64,000 bases of DNA, from assembly GCF_009914755.1 (NCBI RefSeq), contig NC_060944.1; one strand, written 5' to 3'. The position numbers and the translations under genes are program-made. Of this stretch, positions 1-14,689 are shown in pieces. Numbering within the stretch: position 1 is the stretch's first letter; each line of letters opens with the position of its first letter. The notes beneath the pieces are model-generated. The model was not told the DNA's origin. It ran no database searches and worked only from the letters and a program-made list of their open reading frames with translations. The stretch is from the human T2T-CHM13v2.0 reference genome, Homo sapiens.

Positions 1-1798
1 ATCAGCCATTCTTGTTAGTGAGAAATGAGGTGCATTTGGTCTCTCTCTTTTTCCACCCTTAGCTCTATTTTGCACCACAAGGGGCCACACATTCATGTGT
101 ATGGACACCCAAGCCCAAATATCTAAAGTCTGTCCACATGTCCTGCAAAGAGCCTTCCCCAGGGGGTAGGGGCCATTGGAGTAGGGGAAATCTGGGGTCC
201 TAGGTACTTGGAGAGTGACTGGAGAAAGAAGTTGTGGGCTTCAGGGAACATGTTCTCTCCGCTGACTCCGGCTTTCTCACCCCTTTAAATGGGAATCAGA
301 AGAGAAGGGCCAGAGGACAACCTCTCGCACTAGGTCCCAAGGCATAAGCCCTGTTGCCTGGGATACCTGGGTCTCAGGGAAGTGTCACTAACTCTTATCT
401 GAAGCAACCAAGGAAACAGAGTCCAAGTAAGTAATTAAGGTGAGTGGAGACAAGGCCATTGAACATGGGAGATCAGAGTACTGAGAAGCAAGAATATGGG
501 ATGAATTCAATGTTAATATCACCAAGGTTAGTGACGAAGCTTTGGATGAAGAAACTGTGTGCCACTTGCCAACTCTTTTCTGAATAAGGGTGGCTCAGTA
601 GATGGCAGAAGTGAAGAAGAGGTAAAAACTCTTTTGGCTGCCTCATGGGAACTAGGATTTTTTTTTAAAGAAGATTGAAAGGTAGTGTTTTAGAAGTAGC
701 ATTGAGAGCAAAAAGATCCCAAACCCCAGCTTCTTAATGTGAAACACTTGAGATGTGAGAAAATAAACAGTGATCACTGAAGAAAGCAGCTAACAAGAAG
801 CAAGATTTTCAAGGGACAGCCAAGTTTCTGTTTAGACAAAAGGATTTTTCTGATTGAAGTTGCTGTATTAGACAATAATAAAAATGTTTTCAGCAGTAAT
901 ATCATTCACACCTAAAAATATGTGTATTATGTTGTGCCTAAGGAATACGACTTTTCATTTATGCAACTTAGCCTACAATGCAATAATTAGAGAAAATAGC
1001 ACCCTTCACTTAAATTTTACAACAAAGTTTAATACAGGGTTGACATTAATTCTGATCAAAATCTTTAAAAGCTGTGTCTGTTCCTGAAATTGAGCATGAT
1101 TATGACCCTTGCATTTTCTTAAGTGGAAAATCAATGTTTAATTCATTTCCATAGTCCCACTTCTTCCCTCTCAGACCTTGCTATGGTCCTTTGTCAACTA
1201 CCTAAGATGCAGTCTAACAGTTGGGCTCTTTAAGAAAAAGTGGAGACAGGTTACCCCCATGTGGAACCAGTGCAGCTTGGGCTCATCTGTCTGTTGATGG
1301 ATGATGATGCTCCTGGAATGGCAGACAGCACGCCCTGATGGAGCTGAGAGCTGGTGGCACCGCACACTGCCCATCCGCCAGGAAGACCTGCCCCACTCCC
1401 TCCCCAGGCCACTGCCCTGTCTACCCTCCAGAGACATTGTGAGAAGCAATTGTTATTTTCTTAATAATTTAAAATCCTCCAAGTTCTCTGAGTTCCTTGT
1501 GGGAGAATAAACACCAAGCACATCCTAAGGCATATTTATTTTATGTGGAGCATTTGCTTCTTGGCCTCTGCCTGCCATTGAGTCAACTTGGAGTGACTCT
1601 CCTTGTGCACTCGATCATAGAAGTGGTTCTTCAATTACATCTGTAATCCCAGAGTCACGGGCTGATTGAACATCTCTTTCTGGGCTCTGGAAGCATGGCT
1701 TCTCAACCACGTCCATACACTTGCCAGTGGGTGAGAGGCTTAAAGACTAAAATCTAACCCAGAATGCTGCTTTCTCTCTCTGCCTGCTGGAGTTGGGA

Positions 1799-2039
1799 GT
1801 GGGGAGGTGACCAGGATGGCTAAAGACAGGAGTGAATTCATCATCCCAGTTGGTTTTTCCAGCTATTCCTCCTGCTAATGCACATAGCAGGATAGACAGT
1901 TCTGGCTGAGATGTGGGGAGGTGACCAGGTTGGCTAAAGACAGGAGTGAATTCATCATCCCAGTTGGTTTTTCCAGCTATTCCTCCTGCTAATGCACATA
2001 GCAGGATAGACAGTTCTGGCTGAGATGTGGGTAGGTGAC
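1799..2039. repeat. 114-bp tandem duplication (about 2.1 copies)
   Basis: units start at 1799, 1913 and 2027; one mismatch seen between the full copies. Confidence 0.95.
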
Positions 2040-2369
2040 AGTGGGTGAGGATGGATGTGGGGAGTGGAAATGCCAACCTATTTTGCAGACTGATATGCAG
2101 TAGCAAGGATGCTTTGCATCAGGACTGAGACTAGGAAAGACAAGTAAGTCTCCTAGCAAGTAAAATTTAAGGACGTCTTTGCTCTCAGGGCTGTGTAAGC
2201 ACAGAGCAGGCACTAGAGAGTGAGTGTCTCTTTAAATTTTGCACATAGTCGCCTCTCTTGCCTCATCCTAGTCCCAACACTGCTTGCATGATTATCAGCA
2301 TGCAGTCTGCTTTCCCTGAACCCAGCGTGTAAAGTGACTTTGTAATAAGAAAGAGTAAGAAGAGAAACA

Positions 2370-2912
2370 GGGCACAAGGCCCTACATAATCTGCAATCCC
2401 ATTACCTTGTTTCTTACTGCTTTCCCCCTCATCCACTGGGCTCCAACAGTACTGACCTTGCTGTTCATGGGCTGTGCCAGGCTGGCCCCGCCTCACAGCC
2501 TTTGCACAGGCTCTTCCCTCTGCCTGGAATGGTATTCTCATAGGTATCTGCCTGGTTCTTCCCTTGCCTCCTTGAAGCCTTCCTCAAATGTCACCTTCTC
2601 AGTGAGGCCTCCTGGGACCCATCTATTTAATACTGTCACCAGCCACCACTCCCAATCCCCACACTACTGACGTAACCCCTGACACCCCCACTTTTTAGTA
2701 ATGTATTTTCCTAAGGCACTTATCATATCACCTTCCAACAATCTGCCTAATTTGCTTAATTCCTATGTTCCTTGTTTATTGTCCCTTCTACTAACGCATA
2801 AGCTCCACAAAGACAGGGCTCTTTGTTCTGTTCCCTGATCTGTCCCAAGTTCTCTTCTTTGAGCAGAACCTGACATATAGTAGATGCTCAATAAATGTTT
2901 TTGAATGAATTT
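2370..2912 (+). mobile_element. LINE-2 (L2a-like) 3' fragment
   Basis: L2 3' signature: cacagcctttgcacaggct..., ending tagtagatgctcaataaatgtttttgaatgaat. Confidence 0.75.
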
Positions 2913-4249
2913 TCCCTTCCCAGAGCAAGTAGATCAAATACAGCATAACCTCCATTTTCAGTCTTTCTTGCCTCTGCTCATCAGATAAGTGAATTTGTCT
3001 TTCTCCATCCTACACATAATATGTTGGTAGAGGCAGGGAAAACATTCCCCCAACATTTGCCAGTTTTAACTGCCCTGAACATTTGGGCCAGATATTCACA
3101 GTATAATTAGACTATATTCTATAGCTACACTGCATAGTGCAGCAGCAAAATAAACTGATTGCAGAGTTCATTTTTATGTCACCCAGTGTATCTGCTTTCA
3201 GTATGTGTGACCTGGAAAGCTTCTGTGTGATAGATCCCAAAAGCAAGAGATCCTATTGGCATTTGCTCCCTGTTTACTGTATGGGTCAAAATAAAAAGTT
3301 ACGTTCTGGGAAAGGAGACATTCAGCTCCTTTATGAAGGGCTTTTTGTTTTGTAGTCTGGCTTTATTATTTATCCCATATATCTGTTTCAATGCCTCATC
3401 ACCTTAGCCTTCCTGGTGGCCATGACATAGCAATTCACCACTTAGTTTTTTCATTCTCTCTTCTCCCACCCAATATCCTTTCTCCTTACGCTTGACACCA
3501 CCTACCCACCTCCTTCCCAGGGTGGTTTTTCTCCCTTTAGGCAGCTTCCTTTTAACCAGCAATTATATAAGATGGAAAACTGGATAATGTAATAAAATAT
3601 ATGAGGAAAACATATTAAATTAGAGTAGGTTAAATCCAGCATTTCTGAAAATAAAGTGTCATTCATTCCCTGAGAAAAACAATAATTTAGGATGCAGTTT
3701 CACTGCTACCTAAATGCACATATAAAATGGATATCCAAATACACCCTACTGTTGTCTGTCGAGGATAAAGGATTTCAAGGCCAGTTTGTCTCACTGGAGT
3801 TTAGTAATTGAACCATATGGCTTATAGATTATTGAATCTAGTGTTACAAGTCTCTGAAAAACAATTTTGGCTTGATAAAGAGCAATGGAGCATTACCGTA
3901 CTTTCACATCCAATGTCCACCAATTATAGCAAGTATGAAAGAATGTAACTTAAAAGCTATAACTGGTTTTCTCATCCTAACTGATCACGCACACCATACA
4001 AAATATTTCAAAGGCACAAAAGCATGAAAGTTCTCCAGTGGAACTTCTGAAGTTTTCAGTTGCTCCCAACTAAAATTATTAGATGAAATTTAGTAATTTT
4101 TTTTGCTTTAATAATTGGAAAATTTTCCTAAGCTGCTAGCTAAAGTTATGGTAGAGATGGGGAGAGGTGGACAGAGAGAGGAGGGAGAAGGATGGGTGAG
4201 AAAGAGAGAAAGGTGAACACAGAAGGTAAGGATGCTACTCTGGAGATGA

Positions 4250-4470
4250 CTGCCAGGGGTCCAGTACAAGCTCTTCCATTTAGTCACTGCAAGACCTTGG
4301 AGAAGCTTCCTTCCCAGTGCAAGTCTCCTTTGTTATCAGCAAACTGGAGATGATAATAGTGCTTACCTCCTAGGGTGGTTGTAAGTAAGCATTCAATAAC
4401 CCTACTTAATACACAAATATTGCTTAAACTATGCATGGCATGCAGTGCCTACTCTATAAATGTTAGCTTT
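4250..4470 (+). mobile_element. MIR SINE
   Basis: MIR core: gaccttggagaag...gatgataatagtgcttacctcctagggtggttgtaag. Confidence 0.65.
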
Positions 4471-5234
4471 GGATGTTATCATTGAAATTCATAAAAGCCA
4501 AATGTTAGCTTTCTTTCTGTAAATATAATGGTTGTGTGTTACATAGGCATGGACTTATTAAGCCAGAGTGAAGGTGGGGGGCTAAATTAAGTCATCTGTA
4601 AGGCTAACATGGTAGAAGGTGTGGGCATCCTCTACGCTCAACCCATGGCATCCACTTCACCTCCAGGAAGGTACCAGAAGCCCAAATTGTAGTAAACTAA
4701 ACACAGCCCAGGCCTTGGTTAGGGGCCCAGTAGGAGCAGAGAAGGGAACAGCAGATGAGCTTGGATGCTCCACTGCAAACATGAGTCCTAAGCCAAGCAC
4801 ACAAGATCAGAAGTACACAATGTCAGAGGCAGGACAAATGGAAAAGCAGGGGAAACAACACAGGAAGATCTAGGAACCCCAGTGGCCCAGCTGTAGTTCA
4901 GACCACACTAGCATCCCCACTGTGGGAAGAGAGAATGAAACCCAGGGAGCCAGGAAGATGGGGGGCATGGACTCCCTACAAGTCTAAGAGGCCCAGAGAA
5001 ACACTCACATTTTATCAACCAAAGGAAGATACGAGAGAGATTTGACCTGGAGCTAAATACCCACTTCCTAAATTAGAGGAGGGGAGGAGGGGTCTTACCC
5101 ACCTTCAGATTTGACTCTCCTTGGCCGAAATACCAATGAGGTGAGCCTACAATCCACTTTCATTATTAAAGGCAGCTGGAGAAGTTCTCAAACAGACAAT
5201 GAAGACAGCCATCATCAGAAAAGTTAGCAAAGAT

Positions 5235-5533
5235 GGCCAGGCGCAGTGGCTCATGCCTATAATCCCAGCACTTTGGGAGGCTGAAGCAGGCAGATAACTT
5301 GAGGTCAGAAGTTCGAAACCAGCCTGGTCAACATGGCAAAACCCCATCTCTACTAAAAATACAAAAAATTGTCTGGGTGTGGTGGTACATGCCTGTAGTC
5401 CCAGCTGCCTGGGAGCTGAGGCACAAGAATCGCCCAAACCAAGGAGGCAGAGGTTACAGTGAGCCAAGATCATGCTACAGCACTCCAGCCTGGGCAACAG
5501 AGCAAGACTTCGTTTCAAAAAAAAAAAAAGAAA
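5235..5533 (+). mobile_element. Alu (AluS-type) with 17-bp TSD
   Basis: full dimer with poly-A; TSD agaaaagttagcaaaga at 5217-5233 and 5534-5550. Confidence 0.95.
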
Positions 5534-5744
5534 AGAAAAGTTAGCAAAGACTAATTACACTTTTATTTACATGTGTATTTGCAGGACTTTTGTAATGTTT
5601 ATTGGAAATTTCAGCCATGAAGTTGTTAAAAAGTTAATCTGGCTATTAAGTATGAATCAACATTCAATCTTCTGTAATACAAAATTACATTTATCTTTGG
5701 TTACAATCAAGTTTTAAGCTTTGCTTAAGCCAATGATCAGACTA

Positions 5745-6472
5745 GTCCAAGGGTCAACAAACTATCTTCTGCAGACCACATTTATCCTGTCATCTGCTTT
5801 TGTGAATTAAGCTTTATTGGGACACAGCCACATCCAATTGTTTACATATTATCTGTGGCTGCTTTGGGGCTATGCATTAGTCTGGACTGTCTCTATCTCT
5901 AGAGAGACAGAGTTATTAAAAGGAACTGGCTTATGTGGTTATGGAGGCTGAGAAATCCCAAGATCTGCAGTTGGCAAGCTGGAGACCCAGCTGACCTAAT
6001 GGCACAATATCAGTCCCAATCCAAAGGCCTAAGAATAAGGAGAGCTAATGGTGTAAGCTGCAGTCCAAGTCCAAGTCTCAAGGTAGGAGAAGACCAATGT
6101 CCCAGCTCAAAAACAGTCAGGCAGAAACAGCAAATTCTCCTTTACTCTTTTTTTTTTTTTTTTTTTTTTTTCCTATTCAGGCTTCCAGTGCGTTGAATGA
6201 GGCCCATCCACATTAGGGAGGGCAGGCTGCTTAACTCGGTCTACCAATTCAAATGTTAATCTCATCCAGAAACCCCTCACAGAGACACCCAGAAGAATGT
6301 TTAACGAAATATCTGGGCACCCCATGACCCAGTCAAGTTGACACATAAAATTAATCATCACGAGCTACAAAGGCAGAGTTGAACAGTTGCCATAGAAATA
6401 GAAACTATATGGCCAGCAAAGCCTAAAATGCTACCTGGTCCTTTATGAAAAAATGTATGCTGACCTCTGAGC
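5745..6472. mobile_element. MER58-like hAT element interrupted by an MLT2 LTR
   Basis: gctttattgggacacagccac...ggctgcttt stops at 5872 and resumes at 6363 with gctacaaaggcagagttgaacagttgc...gctgacctctg. Confidence 0.7.
5873..6362 (-). mobile_element. MLT2 (ERVL) solo LTR
   Basis: reverse complement of MLT2 start TGTGATGRTTAATTTTATGTGTCAACTTGACTGGG; body ggaggctgagaaatcccaagatctgc. Confidence 0.85.
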
Positions 6473-6539
6473 TAGTCAATAGAAGAATAAATGGGAACAC
6501 AACTAGATAAATTCTGTTTCTCTTCTGTCATATATTAGG

Positions 6540-7180
6540 AGTTCATTCATTCATTTGAAAGTATTTCCTGAGCATCTAGAATGTGCCTTAGCAGAACAGT
6601 GAAGAAAACAAGTTCTTACCTCAAGAAGTTTACACTGTCTAGTGAGGAAAGATAGATCAAAATAAACACAAAGATACGGTACATAGAAACATGCCCTTTA
6701 AAGCAATCTAAATCAGTGGGCAAGGAAAAGAGAGACCTGAATTATGCTGTCTGGATGGTAGAGGCAGGCCTTTGGTAAGGTGATGTTTAGGCACAGGTGC
6801 TGTACTTACTCCCAAATCAATGCAGTAAATCATGCTTTAATGTGAGTATTTTTGACTGAAGGAACAAAGTGCAAAGATGGTGAGATGAAAGCATGCTTGA
6901 TGTATTCAAGGAAAAGCAACAAGATCAATGGACTGTATCCAGGTGACAGAGAGGGAGAGGAAAAGGAGATGTATTTAAAGAAATGGCAGGTGCCAGATCA
7001 AGTTAGGCTGTGTAGATTATGATAATGAATTTGGATTTCATTCCATGTGAAATGGGAGGTCATTGGAAAGTTTATAGAAAGGAGCGAAACTGTCTACTCA
7101 TGTTTAGGAGCAATGACTCTGGCTATGGTGTGGAATACAGCGGCAAGTACTAGAAGCCAGGAAAGCAATAAAAAGACTGT
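6540..7180 (-). mobile_element. LINE-2 fragment
   Basis: ttcattcattcatttg...tgagcatctagaatgtgcc, followed by L2-like purine-rich body. Confidence 0.6.
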
Positions 7181-7560
7181 CAGTCAGCTTCTCCTAGGTT
7201 TTGCTGCAATAAGAAGAAACCCTAGGATCACAGTGATTTACAACCACAACGGTTTACTTCTCACACAGGTTAGATGTCAGCTGTTGCTCTGATTGCTATT
7301 GTTTGGAATTCATGTTGAAAGAACAACCCACATCTATGATATCACTGGACTCATGGGAGAAGAGAAAGAGAAATGGCTGGACAACAACATGATGGGTCTT
7401 TAAGACTCTACTCAGCAGCAGCACATGTCATTTTCATACACAGGCCCTTGGCCAAAATAAAACCACGGCCAAGCCTATGGTCAACAGGGTGTGTAGACAG
7501 AATCCTCCCAAAGGAAGGGGGAAGCAAATACGTGGGAATGGTGATAAAATCTACCACAGC
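7180..7560 (-). mobile_element. Old MaLR (MLT1-type) LTR
   Basis: tgtcagtcagc...gctgcaataag...cagtgatttacaaccac...ggccaaa...aaatctaccaca pattern. Confidence 0.55.
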
Positions 7561-8579
7561 AGTCACTGCAGTGGTTTTTGTATCAGGATGATAGCAGTGG
7601 AGGTGCTGACACTTGACTGTACTCGGGACCTATTTTGGACAAGATTGCTGATGAATTGAAAGGTGTGAGAGAAGGAGAGGAGGCGAGAATGGCTCTACTG
7701 TATTTATCCTTTACCTGATACACTAGTGCCAAATTTATGAAATAAACAAAATCCAGCCCTTTTTTTCCACACTTAGCATCCACATCCTTGATGACCTCTA
7801 TTCTCAGTTCTTTTGAGGGCTTTGCTCTTAGCTGGCTAAGATTATTAGCTGCATGGAAGTTACTGCAATGGTTGGGTATTAATAAGCTCTAGAGTCAGAC
7901 AAATCTTCCTGGGGTTTAATCTTGGATTCTCTTCTCTATGACTTAAGGTAAGTCAGTTAATATCTCTGCACCTTAGTTGAATCAAGAATATATAACCATC
8001 ATGAGCTGAGTCCTTTGCCTTCTCTTGCTGCATCTTCACAACAGATCTGTGAAGTGAGGTTTATTGCACTTTATAGATTAGCAAACCAATACACAGAGGC
8101 ATTAAGTGATTTTCCCAAGGTCACACAGCTTGCAAATCTCAGAGGCAAGGATTCAAAAGTCGGTTTGAATCCAAAGCCTATACTCAAATAAATCAAATAT
8201 AGCATTTAAAATCTGGATGTTGCTTGCCTTTTATAGTGCTTGCTTTTTTTGACAGACTCAACTATCGTAAAAGTTAAACTGATTATGTATGAAAGATAAT
8301 CTGTGAGTTCATTTCTAAGAAACAGTAAAAGTGATTCTTCTCGCTCCATGCAGGCAAATCCTTCTTAGAGGATATATGCAAATGTAGTACAGAATTAGAA
8401 AGCCTTACTTATACTCTGGGGCCAGGGAAATAGCTTTCAGGAGTGGATATAAAGAACGCTATATATTGAATGGGGAAGGTAGAGACGATAGCAGAAAAGG
8501 CTCAGGCATAAAGAATAGGAGTGGAAATCCCTATTTAAAAGGAGAATATGAAAAAAATAAATGTAACTAAAAACAAGTG

Positions 8580-9580
8580 TATGGGAATATGCAACCTCAC
8601 TACTACTGAAAGTGATATAATTAAACAATAAATGAGACTGCACTTTACTACCAGTTAAATAAGAAAAACATTTTTAAGAATAATGCCCAAAACTGGTGAA
8701 TATGCATTGAAATCTGGTCCTGCATGCATTACTCTGGGCAATCTAAAGTGAAAAGTAATTTGAAATACATGAGGGACTGTAAGAGTATTCATATTCTTAA
8801 ATCAAGAATTCCCCTTCTGAGAATTCATTCCCAGAAAATCAATCAAGATATTAGGGAAAAAATGAAGCTGTTCTCTGTAGAATTATTTGAATGACAGCTC
8901 TGAAAATGTAGCTGTCCAACAGTTGGGGAATGGTTAAATCAATTTTAATACCTTTACTTTCTAGAATTTTGTACATATATTGAAACTTGTGACATATACA
9001 TTTTTAAAAATGCAGATTGAAAATTGAAGTACTGATACATGTTACAACATGGATGAACTTTGAAACCATGCTAAGTGAAAGGTGGTCGGCACAAACAACC
9101 ATATATTGTATGGTTACATTTATATGAAATAATTAGAATAGGCAAATCTATGAAGACATAAAGTGATGAATGATTGCCTGAGACTAGGTGTGTGGGGTGG
9201 GGTGCAGGAATGAGGAGTGACTGCTAGTGGGTACATGGTTTCTTTTTGAGGCGATAAAAATGTTCTAACTTATATTGGGATGGTGCTCGCATGACTCTCT
9301 GAATATACTAAAAACCATTGAACTGTACACTTTCAATGGGCAGATTATATCTCAAAAAAGTCACATCTCAATAACAAAGCTTTTTAAAAATACAAGTTGA
9401 GTATATACTGTAATTAAAACTAAGCTACATAAATACATGAGAGACAGACTAGAAGTGAATATAATGAAATGCTAACAATGGTTTGGTTCAGAAAGTGGAT
9501 TTGTGGGTGAAAATTTTTGCCTTCTCTTACTGTCCCAAATGTTTATAATATGATTAGATTTCTTTGATTATTAAAAAATA
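8580..9580 (+). mobile_element. Old L1M 3' region (L1MB/L1ME-like pieces)
   Basis: gaagtactgatacatgttacaacatggatgaactttgaaa...ttgaactgtacactttcaatggg. Confidence 0.75.
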
Positions 9581-9843
9581 GATACAATTAGCAAACAGGA
9601 GAATCCTCTCCTTTGCATTTCTCTCTCCCCTCCACCAAAATCCAATCTTCTTATAACTTTCCAGAATCAAGAGTCAGAATTAGCACCGTCCAGCAGCCCT
9701 CAAAATCCCTTCTAGCCATTTCAGGCCATTCGATACAATTCTCTGAATGGAAAAGACAACTATATTAATAGATTTAATACCTTTCAAGAATATACAGATG
9801 AAAAATTCTGGCATACTGAATATACATGTGTTCTCATTTTTAG

Positions 9844-9926
9844 GAAGTGATAGAAGCAATTGCGGAGTGTGCATTTAAGACTTCACCTTTTCCAATTCTC
9901 CTTTCGTTTGAGAACCATGTGGATTC
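9844..9926 (+). CDS. PLCB1: PLCB1 coding exon (~exon 12), X domain: EVIEAIAECAFKTSPFPILLSFENHVD(S)
   Basis: ttttag|GAAGTG...GATTC|gtaagt; 83 nt, phase 0 to 2; contains PI-PLC motif ILSFENH. Confidence 0.97.
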
Positions 9927-11212
9927 GTAAGTATTCAACACATTCAGGAATGAGTCTTTTTCCCGAATAGGGCATACTGAGTAATTGTTTATCAGATTTA
10001 AGATTATTTGACATGATTAATGGTGTTCTTCAATCATGTTGTATATTAACTGGCATGTTTTCATTTGTAGGTGATGGAATTCACTTAAAATAATCAACAT
10101 TAAAATTATCCGTTGGACTTGTAGGATCTATTTTCATACCATAGTATGGTTTTTAAATTAAAAACTCTTCTTTTTGCAATGCAGTGGAACACATTTTTCT
10201 ACACAATACATGTCTCTGTTATAGATTTGGGGTGCTGTGGGCCACTTTTATAACCCTTCTTCATTAGCTCCTTCTATTGCACACAATTTGAGTCCACTTC
10301 ATCACTTTGTGGCAGGTGGGGGGAGAGCTGTGAATTCCATTTTACCAATTTGCACTTACACAGAACTCAGTTCAGCAAATCTCCATATTCCCCCTTTTCA
10401 CTGGCTTTCCCCTGTTTGTTAATATTTGTATTTGCCAATTTCAAAATAGCCTGCATGTATTGCTGAGCTACACAAAGAAAAGGTTATTTTGACTTCACTG
10501 TTTTATATTCATTTTATCACACATTACCAAAGAGAGACACATTTATATCTAATAGATGTATATTAGTTTATCATGTAGTTACTTTAAAGAGCTTCAGAAT
10601 GAAAGATTCTTATCCATATTGAATGAAAGCCTCTCTTTCATTTCAGGAACCTAAGCCAGATTTTTCAACTAAAAGCCAGCAGCACCTGTCCTAATTTGGA
10701 TTACGAGTTTCTTTTTACCCTCCTTCCTATTGGGAGTCTTTCCCAGGTCACTGAGCCTCTTTGTCCAAGTAATTTGTAACATGTGCTTCAATTCTCTAAT
10801 TCTTAAAGAGTTCACTAGATCTTAAAGATGCAGATTGGTCATGGGCAAATTTCAACTTGAAGAATTTCTAAGTAGTTAAATGTGACAATTTTATAATTAT
10901 CTGTATTTTTTCAGTTTGCCCGCCAGAAATCCATATTATATTTACCGGCTTGTGGTTCTGCTTCATTATGCAACAATCATCCAATGAATGATGTAATCCT
11001 TTGGCACATAGTTTCTCCAACGCTTCTGAGGGTCAAAGGAAGAGAAAGGAATTTATTCTGTTCCATGCTATTTCTGTTCTTACTCAAAGGGGCATCTCTA
11101 GAAGCAGTATTTAATACCTAGTTTGCTTTGCAACTAGGTTCTGCTTTGCAATTGACTCTGTTAAACAATTTCTCATCTCTGTCAATTCATTTATAATTGG
11201 CCTGTAACAATA

Positions 11213-11625
11213 CGTATGAGTCCGTTCTTGTACTGCTATAAAGAAATGCCTGGGTAAGAGACTGGGTAATTTATGAAGAAAAGAGGTTTAATTGGCTCAC
11301 AGTTCCACAGGCTGTACAGGAAGCATGGTGGCATCTGCTCCTGGGGAGTCCTCAGAGAGCTTTTTACTCACGGGAAGACAGAGTGGGAGCAGGTGTCTTA
11401 CATGGCAGGAGGAGAACTAAGAGAGAGTGGGGAGGTGTCACACACTTTTAAACAACCAGATCTCATGAGAACTCACTATCGCAACAACAGTACCAAGGGG
11501 AATGGTGTTACACCATAAGAAATCTCCCCCATGATCCAATCACCTCCCACCAGGCCCCACTTCCAACATCGGGGGTTACAATTTGACATGAGATTTGGGC
11601 AGGGATGCAGATTCAAACCATATCA
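11213..11625 (-). mobile_element. MST-type MaLR solo LTR
   Basis: gctataaagaaa...gagactgggtaatttatgaagaaaagagg...aaccatatca; 5-bp TSD caata at 11208 and 11626. Confidence 0.9.
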
Positions 11626-11670
11626 CAATACTTGAGCACTTTTCTTTCAGGTATTATAGTTTCGACTTGA

Positions 11671-12000
<330 letters not shown>

Positions 12001-12109
12001 TAGACAAAATGAAAGGCTATGGTTCCATTCTATATTGTCACACCTGCTACACTGAGCTTCCCCTTGGCATAGCCAGAAAAATATCAACCGCCACCACCAC
12101 CACCAACAT

Positions 12110-12380
12110 AATAGCTAACCTTTATTAATAGCGAACATTTATTAAACATTTTTTGTGCCAAGCAGTTTTTGAAATATTTTACATGCCTCAGCTCATGTAA
12201 GCCTTACCACAAACCCAGGTGCTTCTAAGAGTAAATATTATGATTATCGCCATTTTACAGATGATGGAACTGAGTCCTAAAGAGGATGAATAACTTGCTC
12301 AAGGCCATGTAACTAAAACATGACAGAGATGGGATTCCAATCCAGTTAGTGTGGCTTCAAAATGCACACTTTTAACCAAC
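12110..12380 (-). mobile_element. MIR SINE
   Basis: cattttacagatgatggaactgag...aacttgctcaaggcca. Confidence 0.7.
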
Positions 12381-13193
12381 ACATCTCCTACGCCTAAACA
12401 GAAGCATCACGAGCCTTCAAAACATCAAATTCAGACAACGAGAGCATCCACCAGGCAATGGCCAGCAAATGTTTGCCTCTGTGGCTTGTAACCCTTAAAC
12501 ACAAGATGTGTTTTGCAGTTCTTCACACTAGTCATTTAGAGATCAAAAACTGGACATGAAAACTAATTTCTGCACTGTGCCTAAAGGCAAAGAGACTAGT
12601 GCCATTGTACTGCCCTTATGGGCTTAAAAATGATAAATTTAGCTATTAAAAGTTCATTAATAATTTCTATGTGACAAAAGAAAACAGGAAAACAGCCTTT
12701 CCAGGATGCCATGATTGTGTCCCAAGCCACTGAGATAATGTAATGGCAGTGAAATACTAAAAGATAAAATTCTATTGTGGAGGAAGTGGGTGGGAGTTGC
12801 TTGCTTCATATTTCCCTTGTCCTTCAGATATCAAAATTGTTCAGCCACCATTCTTTCCTGGGAGGCTAGCACACACCCAAAGAAAACCGATAAGCTTTCC
12901 CTTCGCTGGTAAAACCCCGTGCTTGACTTGTGAGCCACTTCATCTAGTTCCTGAGCCCATGGTAGGCAGTAGCAGCACTCTTTCCCACTAACCCTAGAAA
13001 TAACCTCAGAATCCTTCTCAACACAGTGACCTCAGACTAGACCAGCAAGACATCTGACACCTATTTGCCATCTCTGATGAACTATTTTATTTCCCTGTGT
13101 GCTGCATGTATGGAATTTCAGATTCAGAACTCTGGTCCCAGCTCACTTGGGCCACACGTCCAAAACAAATTTATACTAGAAAAAAGGAGAAAA

Positions 13194-13554
<361 letters not shown>

Positions 13555-14345
13555 CTATCCATAGACAATAAAAGGGAATCTGCTATTAGCTGCTTTCAAT
13601 GTATCCTGTTGCTACATCAGAATCCCATGAAGTGTCTTCAAAATGCAGATTCCTGAGCTACACCCTTACCCTGACTGAGAATTTCTAGAAATAAGACTTG
13701 AAAATATATTTTTAAAAGCCCTACTTGACTCTGACATCCTACTTGTGAACTAACACTTTTATAAAAAGAATTCTACACCAAATTCAATGGAAGTAATCTT
13801 TACCCATGTTCAGCCACAGAAAGCTGTGAAATTTTGAACAAGGTTCTTAATTTCCATGGATTGCAGATTCCTCCTTTATAGGGAAAGAGGTTGGTTTAGT
13901 TCAAACTGGAGGATTTGCTCCCAAGAAATCAAGTGAGTTCCTCGGTCAGAAAAACTGACCTCTGCCCCAGACGCTCACACCTTGGGAGTATTTTATTATG
14001 CTCAGAAATGTCTGCTATGACCTGAAGCTCAAAATGCATTTGTGATTTTTTTTCCCTCTCACTTTGTCCCCATGGTAGCTGATATTGATGCTCTAAACAC
14101 TTCAGGATTTTGTTTTTTGCTAATTGCAATTTTAATGCCTTTTATTTCTGCAGTTCTGACCTGCAATTAAAGTTGGTTTGTTTTCCTCTGACTTTTTCAA
14201 TTCAATTTGCTCTCTGCTCTGATTTAGTTCCATCAGGTGGGTGTGCATGTTTATTGAGAACATGAATAGCCTGATTACCAAATAGCTCATTTTACTTTTT
14301 GCTAGGACACCTACCTCTTGTTCTGTCCATCTCAGTTGATTCTGA

Positions 14346-14656
<311 letters not shown>

Positions 14657-14689
14657 CTCAGGCAGGTTCTAAACGTCTACATTAGACAT

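Noticed and set aside
162-197. Possible G-quadruplex (four G-runs)
   Set aside because: One loop is 11 nt and there is no functional context; such motifs are common
1747-2106. 119-aa minus-strand ORF with an internal peptide repeat
   Set aside because: Explained by the 114-bp DNA duplication; no recognisable protein similarity
5147-5544. Alu-derived ORFs here and at 11.7, 13.1, 14.4, 19.1, 35.1, 47.1, 52.2, 53.8, 60.7-61.3 and 62.7-63.5 kb
   Set aside because: Typical Alu translation products (LECSGxISAHCNL, [12 protein letters not shown]), not genes
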